NCBI GenBank assembly: GCA_041695225.1
Contig: JBGFRI010000005.1
Span: forward strand, 32,001 to 96,000
Direction: 5' to 3'
DNA length: 64,000 nt
DNA from: Deinococcota bacterium
Lineage (GTDB): Bacteria; Deinococcota; Deinococci; Deinococcales; Thermaceae
Shown in pieces: positions 44,923 to 54,370 of the stretch. The number at the start of each line of letters is the position of its first letter. The stretch's first letter is position 1. The notes under the pieces are model-generated. The model worked only from the letters and a program-made list of their open reading frames with translations, was not told the origin of the DNA and ran no database searches. Both the position numbers and the translations under genes were made by a program.

Positions 44923-45839
44923 AACTGGCCGACCTGGTCCAGCCCTGGCAGGACCACAGCTACGCCTTCTTAGACCAGTCGGCGAAGCGCGAACTGCGCC
45001 GCAAGATTCTCAAGGCCATCGCCCTGCCCGGCTACCAGGTACCCTACGCCAGCCGCGAGGTGCCCATGGCCCGGGGCTGGGGTACGGGGGGCCTGCAGGT
45101 CACCCTGGCCCTGGTGGGCCCTGGCGATGTGCTAAAGGTGATTGACCAGGGGGCCGACGACTCGGTCAATGCCGCCAGCCTGCGCCGCTTTGTGGCCCGC
45201 ATGACCGGGGTCAAGACCACCACCGATGCCCTGGCTGCCACCATTATCCAAAGCCGCCACCGCATTCCCGAGGAAATTCTGCAAGAAGGGCAGGTGCTGG
45301 TCTTGCAGGTGCCCGACCCCGAGCCGCTGCGGTCGGTGGAGCCCAACATCTCCCAGGCCCGCCAGATGCACGCCGATGCGGACTACGGGCTGATCTGGCT
45401 CAAGCTCTACGAGCAGCTGGTGCGTTACCGGCGGATCATCCAGGGGGCCAGCTACCCGGCGCTGGTGCATGGGCGCTACGTGATGAGCCCCAGCCCGATC
45501 CCCCGCTGGGACCTGCCCAAGCTGCACCAGGCCAAAAGCCTGACCCTGCTCTCGGCCGGGCGCGAGAAGCGGCTCTACGCGGTGCCTCCCTATACCGAGG
45601 TGCGGCCCCTGGCCTTTGACGACGTGCCCTTCCAGGTCGAGGATCAGCGGGCTTTTGCCTGTTTTCGCACCGGGGTGCGCCACAAGTTTTTGAACGAGCT
45701 GCCGCAGGACGACGGCTCGGCGCTCTACGAGCTTTCCGACTCGGGCTATGGCGAGAAGATTCTGCGCCAGGCCGCAACCGGCCCTACCTACTTCGACCAG
45801 CAGGGGAGGTTTTACCATGACGGCTACCTGCGCGACTGA
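44919..45839 (+). CDS. phnJ: PhnJ-like protein, atypical (only one Cys)
   Basis: PGYQVPY..RE.P..GWGTGGLQ, KVIDQGADD, RHRIPEE, AGREKRLYAVPPYT; Fe-S and thiyl Cys motif degenerate. Confidence 0.93.
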   Translation: MKLADLVQPWQDHSYAFLDQSAKRELRRKILKAIALPGYQVPYASREVPMARGWGTGGLQVTLALVGPGDVLKVIDQGADDSVNAASLRRFVARMTGVKTTTDALAATIIQSRHRIPEEILQEGQVLVLQVPDPEPLRSVEPNISQARQMHADADYGLIWLKLYEQLVRYRRIIQGASYPALVHGRYVMSPSPIPRWDLPKLHQAKSLTLLSAGREKRLYAVPPYTEVRPLAFDDVPFQVEDQRAFACFRTGVRHKFLNELPQDDGSALYELSDSGYGEKILRQAATGPTYFDQQGRFYHDGYLRD

Positions 45840-46632
45840 GCCGCTTCTGCCGCCAAAGCTGGTTAGTTTGCAGCCGCTCTTGCGGGCCGAGGGGCTGTAC
45901 CGCCGTTACGGGGCGGTAAGCGCCCTGGAAAACGTTTCGCTCGAGGTCTACCCCCGCGAGGTACTGGGGGTGGTGGGCGAGAGCGGCTCGGGCAAGAGCA
46001 CCCTTTTGCGGCTTTTGAACCTGGAAGAGACCCCCGATGCCGGGGTGTATAACCTGGAGCTGGACGGGTATCGGGAGGCCAACCTGTTCGCCCTGGACCG
46101 CTACGCCCGCCGCGAGCTGCGGGTGCGGCATATCGGCATCGTCTACCAGAACCCCTACCTGGGCCTGCGTATGCGCAACACCTCCTCGGGCAATGTGGCC
46201 GAGCGGCTGGTGTTGGGTGGCGAGCGCAACTTTGCCCGGCTGCGCCAGGTGGCCCAGAGCTCGCTGGCAGCCTCGGAGTTCCCCTTGCAGAGGATGGACG
46301 CACCCCCCATTCAGCTTTCGGGGGGAATGCAGCAACGGGTGCAGCTGGCCAAGGCCATCGCCCTGCGGCCGGCCCTGCTGCTACTGGACGAGCCCACCAC
46401 CGGGCTGGATGTCTCGGTGCAGGCCCTGGTGCTAGACACCCTGCGCCGGCTGCGCCGCGAGCTGGGGGTGGCCATGCTGGTGGTCTCGCACGACCTGGGG
46501 GTGATCCGCACCCTTTGTGACCGGGTGCTGGTGATGCGCCACGGGCAGGTGGTGGAGAGCGGCCTGGTAGACCAGGTGCTCGACGACCCCCAGCACCCCT
46601 ACACCCAGCAGCTGGTGCACGCCAAACTCTAA
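45817..46632 (+). CDS. phnK: C-P lyase ABC-type ATPase PhnK
   Basis: GESGSGKST, GNVAERL, SGGMQQRVQLA, DEPTTGLDVSVQA, DDPQHPYTQQLV. Confidence 0.93.
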   Translation: MTATCATEPLLPPKLVSLQPLLRAEGLYRRYGAVSALENVSLEVYPREVLGVVGESGSGKSTLLRLLNLEETPDAGVYNLELDGYREANLFALDRYARRELRVRHIGIVYQNPYLGLRMRNTSSGNVAERLVLGGERNFARLRQVAQSSLAASEFPLQRMDAPPIQLSGGMQQRVQLAKAIALRPALLLLDEPTTGLDVSVQALVLDTLRRLRRELGVAMLVVSHDLGVIRTLCDRVLVMRHGQVVESGLVDQVLDDPQHPYTQQLVHAKL

Positions 46633-46641
46633 GGGCCCGCC

Positions 46642-47247
46642 ATGAAAAGACTCAGCCCCCATCCCACCATTCACCCTACCGCAGTTATCAAAAGCTCCAG
46701 GCTGGGGGCCTGGTGCGAGGTAGCACAAGAGACCAGTATTGTGGAGTCGGAAATTGGCGATTACAGCTATCTGATGCAGGGCTGCCAGTTGATTTACACT
46801 CAGGTGGGAAAGTTCTGCTCCATTGCCTCGTATGTGCGGCTCAACCCCGGCAACCACCCCTTAGACCGGCCCACCTCGCACCACCTTACCTACCGCGCCG
46901 CCCAGTATGGCCTGGGGCAGGACGAGCAGGCCTTTTTCGAGTGGCGCCGCTCAACCCCCGTGGTCATCGGGCACGATGTCTGGATCGGCCACAACGCCAC
47001 GGTAATGCCCGGGGTGAGCGTGGGCCACGGGGCGGCCATTGGCGCGGGGGCGGTGGTAACCAAAGATGTGGAGCCTTACACCATCGTGGTGGGGGTTCCG
47101 GCCAGGCCGCTGCGCCTGCGCTTTAGTCCCGAGATCATCGAGGGCTTGCAGCGCATCGGCTGGTGGGACTGGCCGCACGAGCTGCTCAAGGAGCGCCTGG
47201 CCGACCTGCGAGGGAGCACCCAGGCTTTTGTGGAGAAGTACGCATGA
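46642..47247 (+). CDS. Hexapeptide-repeat acetyltransferase (phn-cluster DapH/CAT-like)
   Basis: GKFCSIAS..NPGNHP, IGHDVWIGHNA, GAGAVVTKDV. Confidence 0.9.
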   Translation: MKRLSPHPTIHPTAVIKSSRLGAWCEVAQETSIVESEIGDYSYLMQGCQLIYTQVGKFCSIASYVRLNPGNHPLDRPTSHHLTYRAAQYGLGQDEQAFFEWRRSTPVVIGHDVWIGHNATVMPGVSVGHGAAIGAGAVVTKDVEPYTIVVGVPARPLRLRFSPEIIEGLQRIGWWDWPHELLKERLADLRGSTQAFVEKYA

Positions 47248-48026
47248 GGCTGGGCCTGATTGCCGACGTTCACGGCAACCTGCCGGCCCTTCGGGCTGTG
47301 CTGGATGAGCTAAAAAGACTGAAGGCCGAGCTGGTGCTGTGCGCGGGGGATCTGGTGGCCTACGGGGCCTTTCCCAACCAGGTGATTGCGCTGCTGCGCC
47401 AGCAGGCCATCCCCTGTGTGCTGGGCAACTACGACCAGGCCGCCGCCTGGGACCTGAGCACGGCCAGCTCCCGGCCCAGCAGCCCGCGCACCGAGCCGCT
47501 CAAACGGGCCGCGCTGGCCTGGGCGCAGCAGCAGCTTGGTGAAGATAATCGGCGGTATTTGCGCGGCCTGCCCTGGCAGATGGAGTACCGGTTCGACCAG
47601 CAGACCTACCGCCTGTTACACGCTGGGCCAGAAAAGCTCGATGAGAGCTACAGCCCGCAAGACCAGGCTGGCCTCTGGCGGCTAGCCTCGAGCCTGAGGG
47701 CCGACGTGGTAGTGCTGGGCCACACCCACCAGCCCTTTGCCCAGCAGGTGGGAAAGACCCTGTTCATCAACCCCGGGGCAGTCGGGCGCAGCCTGGACGG
47801 CGACCCCCGGGCCTCGTTTGCCCTGCTGGAGACCCAGAGTATGAGACTTGAGTTTTTTCGTATTTCCTACGACCTCGAGGCCGCAGTGCAGGCTGTGCTA
47901 AACAGCGGGATGCCGCGCGAAATCGCCACCCTGCTGCGCTTTGGCCTGCGCCGCATTGAAGATGCTCCCCAGGGGGTGCGCGTAGCGCATGGAGTGGGTG
48001 ATGCAGTGGTCGAGGATTTGGAGTGA
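47244..48026 (+). CDS. Calcineurin-like metallophosphoesterase
   Basis: ADVHGN, GDLVAYG, GNYD, HAGP, GHTH, INPGAVG. Confidence 0.92.
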   Translation: MRLGLIADVHGNLPALRAVLDELKRLKAELVLCAGDLVAYGAFPNQVIALLRQQAIPCVLGNYDQAAAWDLSTASSRPSSPRTEPLKRAALAWAQQQLGEDNRRYLRGLPWQMEYRFDQQTYRLLHAGPEKLDESYSPQDQAGLWRLASSLRADVVVLGHTHQPFAQQVGKTLFINPGAVGRSLDGDPRASFALLETQSMRLEFFRISYDLEAAVQAVLNSGMPREIATLLRFGLRRIEDAPQGVRVAHGVGDAVVEDLE

Positions 48027-48069
48027 CTAACCGATACTCGCTATGCGAGTAACCTAAGGAGGCTAGCCT

Positions 48070-48759
48070 GTGAAAGTACTGGAAGTGCGTGACCTTGCTA
48101 AGCGCTTTATCCTGCACCAGACCGGCCGGGAGATTCCAGCGTTCAGTAGCCTCAGCTTCGATCTGGCCGCAGGCGAATTCTTGCTGGTGGCCGGGCCTAA
48201 CGGGGTAGGGAAGTCTACCCTGTTGCGCTCGCTTTTTCGCACCTACCGGCCCAGCGCTGGCTCGGCCTGGTTTTACTCGAATTATGGCCGGGTTGACCTG
48301 GCCCGCGCCGCCGACGTGGATATTGCCCTGCTGCGGCGGGAGGAGATCGGGATGGTCAGCCAGTTCCTGCGCCCCCGCCCGCGGGTGACTGCCCTGGAAC
48401 TGGTGGCCGAACCGCTGCTGGAGGCCGGGCAGCAGGATGCTTTTACTACTGCCGAGCGCTTTTTGCGAGCCTTTGCCCTCAAACCCGAGCTGTGGGCTGC
48501 TTATCCCAGCACCTTTTCCGGCGGGGAGCAGCAGAAGGTCAACCTGGCCCGGGCCCTGATCCAGCCCCGTCGCTTGCTGCTGCTAGATGAGCCGACAGCC
48601 AGCCTGGACCACCAGACCCGCGAGGCCCTGGTGGCGCGGCTGGCCGAGCTGAAAGCAGAGGGTACCGCCCTGGTAGGAGTCTTTCACCACCCCGAGGAAG
48701 TGGAGCACTTGATTGACCGTGAGCTGCGCCTGGAGGTGCTGGAGTATGGAGCTAGGTGA
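48070..48759 (+). CDS. phnL: C-P lyase ABC-type ATPase PhnL
   Basis: KRFILH, GVGKST, VSQFLR, TFSGGEQQKVN, LDEPTASLD, GVFH. Confidence 0.93.
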   Translation: MKVLEVRDLAKRFILHQTGREIPAFSSLSFDLAAGEFLLVAGPNGVGKSTLLRSLFRTYRPSAGSAWFYSNYGRVDLARAADVDIALLRREEIGMVSQFLRPRPRVTALELVAEPLLEAGQQDAFTTAERFLRAFALKPELWAAYPSTFSGGEQQKVNLARALIQPRRLLLLDEPTASLDHQTREALVARLAELKAEGTALVGVFHHPEEVEHLIDRELRLEVLEYGAR

Positions 48760-49966
48760 TACCACCCTCGACCATGTCACTTCCCGTCCATTGTGGCTGA
48801 GTGAGCTGCGACTGGTGCTGCCGGACCGGGTGCTGGAATCGGCCTCGTTGCGCATCGAGGGTGGGCGGGTGGCCGAGGTGCGTGAAGGCCCGGCCCCCCA
48901 CCCCGACCTGCACTGTGCGGGCCTGACTGCGATACCTGGCCTGGTAGATCTGCATGGCGATATGCTCGAGCGGGAGGTAGAGCCGCGCCCGGGCGCGCAG
49001 CTTCCCCTCGAGATGAGCCTGCTGGAGCTCGACAAGCGGCTGGCCGCAGCCGGCGTCACCACCGCCTACGCGGCCATCTCCTTCGCCGAGCATCGCCAGA
49101 AAGGCCAGATTCGCACCGAGGAACGGGCCCGCGAGCTGGTGCAGGGGGTTGCGGGCTTAAGAACCGGGCTGCTGGTGGACTTCCGGGTACACGCGCGATT
49201 CGACATAACCAACCCCCGCGCCGCCCCTGTGCTCACCGAGCTGCTGGGGGAGGGCCTGGTAGACATGGTCTCGCTCAACGACCACACCCCAGGCCAGGGG
49301 CAGTACCGCGACCTGGAGCACTATCTGGGCTTCATCGCTCGGTGGCGCGACCAGAGCCGCGAGGAAGTAGAAGCCCGCCTGCAAGAACGTCTGTTGCAGG
49401 CCAGGGACGTGCCGGTAGCCTGGGAGGTGGTAGCCGAGGTAGCCCAGCTTGCCGCCCAGAACGGGTTGAGACTGGCCTCGCACGACGACGACACCCCAGC
49501 AAAAGTAGAGCTGGTACATAAGCTAGGGGCCAGCATCAGCGAGTTCCCGGTAACCAGGGAGGCCGCCCAGGAGGCCCGGCAGAGGGGCATGGCGGTGGTG
49601 ATGGGCGCCCCCAACGCCCTGCGTGGGGGCTCGCTTGCGGGAAACCTGTCGGCCCTCGAGGCCCTGCAGGCGGGGCTGCTGGACATCCTGGCCGCCGACT
49701 ACTACCCTGCCGCCATGCTCCAGGCCGCCTGGACGATTGCTGCACGCGGCTATCTGTCACTTCCGCAGGCCATCGGCCTGGTTACCCTGAACCCGGCCCG
49801 CGCAGTAGGGCTGCACGACCGCGGGAGCCTGGTTCCAGGTCAACAAGCCGACCTGGTCTTGTTGGAGACCAGCCCACGGCTGCGGGTGGTAGGTACTTTG
49901 CGCCAGGGGCGTTTTATCTACTGGGCAGGGCACAAAATGCTGCGCTCTGCGGTGGCTGCTTGGTGA
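48746..49966 (+). CDS. phnM: Alpha-D-ribose 1-methylphosphonate 5-triphosphate diphosphatase, copy 1
   Basis: PGLVDLHGD, DHTPGQGQY, ASHDD, SEFP, MGAPN, DYYP. Confidence 0.94.
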   Translation: MELGDTTLDHVTSRPLWLSELRLVLPDRVLESASLRIEGGRVAEVREGPAPHPDLHCAGLTAIPGLVDLHGDMLEREVEPRPGAQLPLEMSLLELDKRLAAAGVTTAYAAISFAEHRQKGQIRTEERARELVQGVAGLRTGLLVDFRVHARFDITNPRAAPVLTELLGEGLVDMVSLNDHTPGQGQYRDLEHYLGFIARWRDQSREEVEARLQERLLQARDVPVAWEVVAEVAQLAAQNGLRLASHDDDTPAKVELVHKLGASISEFPVTREAAQEARQRGMAVVMGAPNALRGGSLAGNLSALEALQAGLLDILAADYYPAAMLQAAWTIAARGYLSLPQAIGLVTLNPARAVGLHDRGSLVPGQQADLVLLETSPRLRVVGTLRQGRFIYWAGHKMLRSAVAAW

Positions 49967-50321
49967 TGCCAGATCACGGGCAACAATACCGCTTGCGAGG
50001 CTGCCAGTACGCAAGGTCGCGAGCAAAAGCCCGCCTCGGTGGGCTGCAATACAAAAATACTTCAGGTTTATGGCCGTCATCGCCAGGGGCCTAAAGCCCT
50101 TCAAGGGTGGAAAAAGGCGGCGACGCCCGGCCCAATGGCGGCGGAGGGCTCGCCGGATGGTGTGGCGGCTCGGGGTGAGGCCTGTTGGGACCTGGTGTTA
50201 AGAGCACACTGCCCAGGGCTTTTGCCCACTTGCCCCGAGGGAAATTCGACTCCGATGGTCTACGGCAGATCCGACGCTGCGCTTTGACCCGGGTATTTGT
50301 CAGGCCGAGGTAATAGGTCTG

Positions 50322-51149
50322 ATGACGCTGGACTCACGGCCTCCCGTTAACTTTCTTGCGGGAGGTAGCCCTTTGATTCACCTCGAGTCTGTCACCCACC
50401 GCTTCGCCAACGGTACCCAGGCCCTGGCCGAGATCACCCTGGAGATGCACCCGCATCACTTCACCGTGCTTATTGGGCCATCCGGCGCGGGCAAGTCTAC
50501 CTTAATGCGCGTGATCAACGGGCTGATTCGCCCCAGTGAAGGGCGGGTCTGGGTTGGAGGCCAGGAGATCACCCGCGCCCCCGCTGCGGCCGCGCGGAAG
50601 GCCCGACGCGAGATCGGGATGGTCTTCCAGCAGTTTAACCTGGTGAAGCGCCTCACCGCGCTGGACAACGTCTTGCTGGGCCGCCTGGGCTACCGTGCCA
50701 TGTGGCGCAGCCTGACCCGGGCCTTCCCCAAAGCAGAAGTGGAGTTCGCCTTTCACCTGCTGGAACGCGTAGGCATGGCCGACTACGCCTGGCAGCGGGC
50801 CGATACCCTGTCCGGTGGCCAGCAGCAACGGGTGGGTATTGCCCGGGCCCTTGCCCAAAAGCCCAGGGTAATCCTGGCCGATGAGCCCATATCGGCCCTC
50901 GACCCCAAAAGCTCGGAGCAGGTGATGGCAATTTTACGCTCCATCCGCGATCAGGACGGCCTGATGGTCATCGCCAACCTGCACTTTCTGGGCGCCGTTC
51001 GCGAGTATGCCGACCGGGTGATCGGGCTGCAAGCGGGCCGGGTGGTCTTCGATGGCAGCAATGGCGACCTTACCGATGGCGCTGCGCGCATGCTCTACTA
51101 CGGCGAAAACCCATTACCAACTGACTCACCACAACTGGCTATCTCATAG
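50322..51149 (+). CDS. phnC: Phosphonate ABC transporter ATPase, copy 1
   Basis: [42 protein letters not shown]; start may be slightly downstream. Confidence 0.93.
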   Translation: MTLDSRPPVNFLAGGSPLIHLESVTHRFANGTQALAEITLEMHPHHFTVLIGPSGAGKSTLMRVINGLIRPSEGRVWVGGQEITRAPAAAARKARREIGMVFQQFNLVKRLTALDNVLLGRLGYRAMWRSLTRAFPKAEVEFAFHLLERVGMADYAWQRADTLSGGQQQRVGIARALAQKPRVILADEPISALDPKSSEQVMAILRSIRDQDGLMVIANLHFLGAVREYADRVIGLQAGRVVFDGSNGDLTDGAARMLYYGENPLPTDSPQLAIS

Positions 51150-51158
51150 GAGGAAGAC

Positions 51159-52022
51159 ATGAAACGTTTGCTCAGCCTGATAGTTCTTTTGTTTGGCCTG
51201 GCCCTGGCCCAGCCCAGCCCAGCCCCCGGGGTCTGCCCCGCCGAGATCCGCTTCGGTATCCTGCCAGCCGATGAGGCCGCGGTACGGTTGCGTTTTAATC
51301 CTCTGTTCGAGTACCTGCAGCAGCAGACCGGCAGCCGCTTCCGGGTTACGGTGGGGGCAGACTATGCCGCCATCATTGTGGCCATGGCCCATGACCGCCT
51401 GGATCTTGCATGGTTTGGGCCAGAAGCCTACGTCCAGGCCGCCAGGCAGACCCGGGTAATACCGCTGGTCATAGCGGACCGGGTAAATGCTGGCCGCTCC
51501 TATCACAGCCTGATCCTGGTGCGGGCCGACTCGCCCTTCCGCACCCTCGAGGATCTGCGCGGTAGAAACTTTGCCTTTGTTGACCCCAACAGCACCAGCG
51601 GCTATCTGATCCCGCTGGTTCATTTTCTGCGTGAGGCCCGCATACGTCCTGAAGACCACTTCCGCCAGGTGGTGTTCGCAGGTACCCACCCCGCCGCCAT
51701 TCTGAGCGTTCTCAACGGCAGGGTAGACGCCACCGCTACTGCAGACACGACCCTGAGCCGGATGATTGCAGCGGGCCAGGCCAGACGGGAAGATTTCCGA
51801 GTCATCTGGACCTCACCCCCTATTCCTAACAGCCCCGTTACTGCAAGCGCACGGCTTTCTGTACCTTGCCGCGCCCTCATAACACGGGCTTTTCTGAGTC
51901 TGCGTGACCCCCGGGTGCTGGAAGGTTTTGGGGCCACGCGCTTTGTAGTGGTAACTGACGCCGAGTATGCCATGGTGCGCGAGGCTGGTCGGTTGCGCGA
52001 CGAGCTGGCCAGGCAGCGCTAG
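51159..52022 (+). CDS. phnD: Phosphonate/phosphite ABC substrate-binding protein, copy 1
   Basis: Signal peptide, DY, FVDPNSTSGYLIP, GTH. Confidence 0.92.
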   Translation: MKRLLSLIVLLFGLALAQPSPAPGVCPAEIRFGILPADEAAVRLRFNPLFEYLQQQTGSRFRVTVGADYAAIIVAMAHDRLDLAWFGPEAYVQAARQTRVIPLVIADRVNAGRSYHSLILVRADSPFRTLEDLRGRNFAFVDPNSTSGYLIPLVHFLREARIRPEDHFRQVVFAGTHPAAILSVLNGRVDATATADTTLSRMIAAGQARREDFRVIWTSPPIPNSPVTASARLSVPCRALITRAFLSLRDPRVLEGFGATRFVVVTDAEYAMVREAGRLRDELARQR

Positions 52023-52030
52023 GACCGCCC

Positions 52031-52861
52031 ATGCTTGAAGCCAGCCCACGCTCGCCCGTGACCAGACCCCCCGCGTCGGTTCAACGCGCCAAGCGTTTCA
52101 ACCTGGTAGCAGCGGTCCTGGTACTTCTGGCACTGGCGGCAGCATATCCACTCACCGAGATCAGCCCAGGCGGGCTGATCTCGGGCATAGGTGACTCGGT
52201 TCGGTTCATTTTCGGCTCTCCTGACCGCCCCGGATCAGGTTTTTTCCCTCCCGATTTCTCTCGCATCGAGACCTACACCGTGCAGATGCTGGTGACCGTG
52301 GCCATGGGCCTCTGGGGGACCGTGCTCTCGCTGGTGCTGGCAGTGCCACTGGCATTTATGGGGGCGCAAAACGTGGCCCCTACCTGGTTATATAACCTGA
52401 CCCGGCCGGTACTGGACTTCATGCGTGCGCTGCCCGACCTGGTGCTGGCGCTGATATTTGTAGCAGCGCTGGGTCTGGGCCCATTCCCCGGCATCATGGC
52501 GCTGGCCTTTAGCACCGTGGGCAGTCTGGGCAAGCTCATCTCCGAAGCCATCGAAGATGTGGACCCGGGCCAGGTCGAGGCAGTCAAGGCCACCGGAGCT
52601 TCCCCTTTGATGGTACTGCTGTATGGGTACTGGCCGCAGATCCTGCCACTCTTTACCTCTTACACTCTGTACAGGTTCGAGGTTAACGTTCGGGCCGCGA
52701 CCTTCCTGGGCATTGTTGGGGCAGGTGGCATCGGCTTTTACCTGCAGGAGGCCATGCGCGGCTTCGACTTTCAGGCTACTCTAGCGATCATTATCATCAT
52801 CCTGATCACCGTGCGGCTGGTTGACTGGAGCTCGGCCAAGCTGCGGGCCCGGATCATCTAG
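52031..52861 (+). CDS. phnE: Phosphonate ABC permease, copy 1
   Basis: GLGPFPG, EAIEDVDPGQVEA, YRFEVNVR, VGAGGIG. Confidence 0.93.
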   Translation: MLEASPRSPVTRPPASVQRAKRFNLVAAVLVLLALAAAYPLTEISPGGLISGIGDSVRFIFGSPDRPGSGFFPPDFSRIETYTVQMLVTVAMGLWGTVLSLVLAVPLAFMGAQNVAPTWLYNLTRPVLDFMRALPDLVLALIFVAALGLGPFPGIMALAFSTVGSLGKLISEAIEDVDPGQVEAVKATGASPLMVLLYGYWPQILPLFTSYTLYRFEVNVRAATFLGIVGAGGIGFYLQEAMRGFDFQATLAIIIIILITVRLVDWSSAKLRARII

Positions 52862-53029
52862 ACCGCTCTTCACATACTTAGTATTCATTGCCCTGATGGG
52901 ACCGAAGCAGTCCCGAGGGGTACCAGAGCACTCTGGCCGCCGGGGTGCTCTGGACTGCTTCACACCCGGAGCCTGGCCCTCTGCGCCATCGAGTTGGGTG
53001 GTCGCAATACCCAAAAATACAATCCTGTG

Positions 53030-53290
53030 GTCATTGCAAGGAGGCCCTTATTTTGTCATTGCGAGGAGGCCCTTGGGCCGACGAAGCAATGGACTGGGTG
53101 ATGGAGTGGCCGAGGATGGGGATGATTAATCTATCCAGGAGAGGCTCGTAAGCCCATCAGCCGTCGAGGTGATCTGGATTGCTTCGCATCCTTCGGATGC
53201 TCGCAATGACGAAAATATACGTTCCCGTCGTCATTGCGAGGAGGCCGCAGGCCGACGAAGCAATCCAGGAGGGCATGCATGCAACTTGAC
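53030..53290. repeat. Cluster of GTCATTGCGAG...GAAGCAATC palindromic (REP/RPE-like) units
   Basis: Units at about 53030, 53055, 53174 (inverted) and 53230. Confidence 0.85.
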
Positions 53291-53503
53291 TAGCGGGATG
53301 CTCGGGATCTCTCCTAACGGCCTGCAGGGCATCAGACTTTTGCCTCGAAACGCTCCTTACAAGCGCCGAGCCTCTTACAGCGTGCTCTTAGACCAAGCGT
53401 TGCCGAGGATTCACGGTAACCCAGTGTTTCAAGTCGAGGCAACCGGCCTGGTGGGTAGTGTGCGCTAAGTCTTTTGGGCTGGATCGGTCTGGGGCAAAAA
53501 CAG

Positions 53504-54364
53504 TTAGCGAGACCGGGGGTCTAAGCGCTGGCGCATCCACTCACCAAGCAAATTGATGCTGAAGGCGGCCAGAGCAATGGCCAGCCCGGGGAAGATCACC
53601 ATCCAGGGGTGGGTGCCCAGGTGAGGCCGCCCCAGAGCCAGCATATTTCCCCAGCTCGGCACGTCGGGAGGTACGCTCAGCCCCAGAAAGCCCAGCCCGG
53701 CCTCGTAAAAGATCATGGCCGAGACCTCGAAGGTAGCCAGGGTGGCCAGCGGGCCCAGCAGGTTGGGCAGCAGGTGGCGTAGCATTATGCGGCCATCGCT
53801 GCAACCCAGGCTGTACGCGGCCTCGACGTAAGGCAGGGCCTTGAGCCGCAAAACCTCCCCCCGCACCAGGCGGAAAAAGATTGGCGAACAGGTCACCCCG
53901 AACAACAGAATCACGTTTTCCAGGCTGCGCCCCAGCACCGAGGCCAGTACCACCACCAGCACCAGGTAGGGTACGGAGAGCAGCAGGTTGGTAACGCCGC
54001 TCAAAATGGCATCGAGCCGGCCCCCGTAGTAACCTGCCAGCAGGCCCAGCCCGACCCCCAGCACCAGGGCTACCAACACCCCCAGAAAGCCTACCGTGAG
54101 CGATACCCGGGTTCCGTAAATTATGCGTGAGAGCAGATCCTGCCCGAGCTGGTCGGTTCCCAGCAGGTGGGCTGGGCTACCACCGGGATGCCAGGCGGGG
54201 GGCAGGTTGGCATTAATGAAATCGCCCGCATACGGGGAGTGAGGAGCAACCAGCGGTGCAAACACTGCCACCAGCACCATCAGCAGCAGAAGTCCAGCCC
54301 CCAGAATGCCGCCAAAGTGTCTGCGCGCACGCGGAACAATGCGATGAGATTGAATATTCGCCAT
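53504..54364 (-). CDS. Peptide/nickel-type ABC permease (OppC/DppC-like)
   Basis: HLLGTDQLGQDLLSRIIYG, EAAYSLG, HLLPN. Confidence 0.93.
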   Translation of the reverse strand: MANIQSHRIVPRARRHFGGILGAGLLLLMVLVAVFAPLVAPHSPYAGDFINANLPPAWHPGGSPAHLLGTDQLGQDLLSRIIYGTRVSLTVGFLGVLVALVLGVGLGLLAGYYGGRLDAILSGVTNLLLSVPYLVLVVVLASVLGRSLENVILLFGVTCSPIFFRLVRGEVLRLKALPYVEAAYSLGCSDGRIMLRHLLPNLLGPLATLATFEVSAMIFYEAGLGFLGLSVPPDVPSWGNMLALGRPHLGTHPWMVIFPGLAIALAAFSINLLGEWMRQRLDPRSR

Positions 54365-54370
54365 ACTCGT

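Noticed and set aside
50270..50320. Pho box upstream of phnC copy 1
   Set aside because: The TGACC and TGTCA half-sites are inverted and not 11 bp apart.
49970..50320. Short ORFs between phnM and phnC
   Set aside because: No RBS or recognisable motifs; cannot be supported as a gene or as a phnN remnant.
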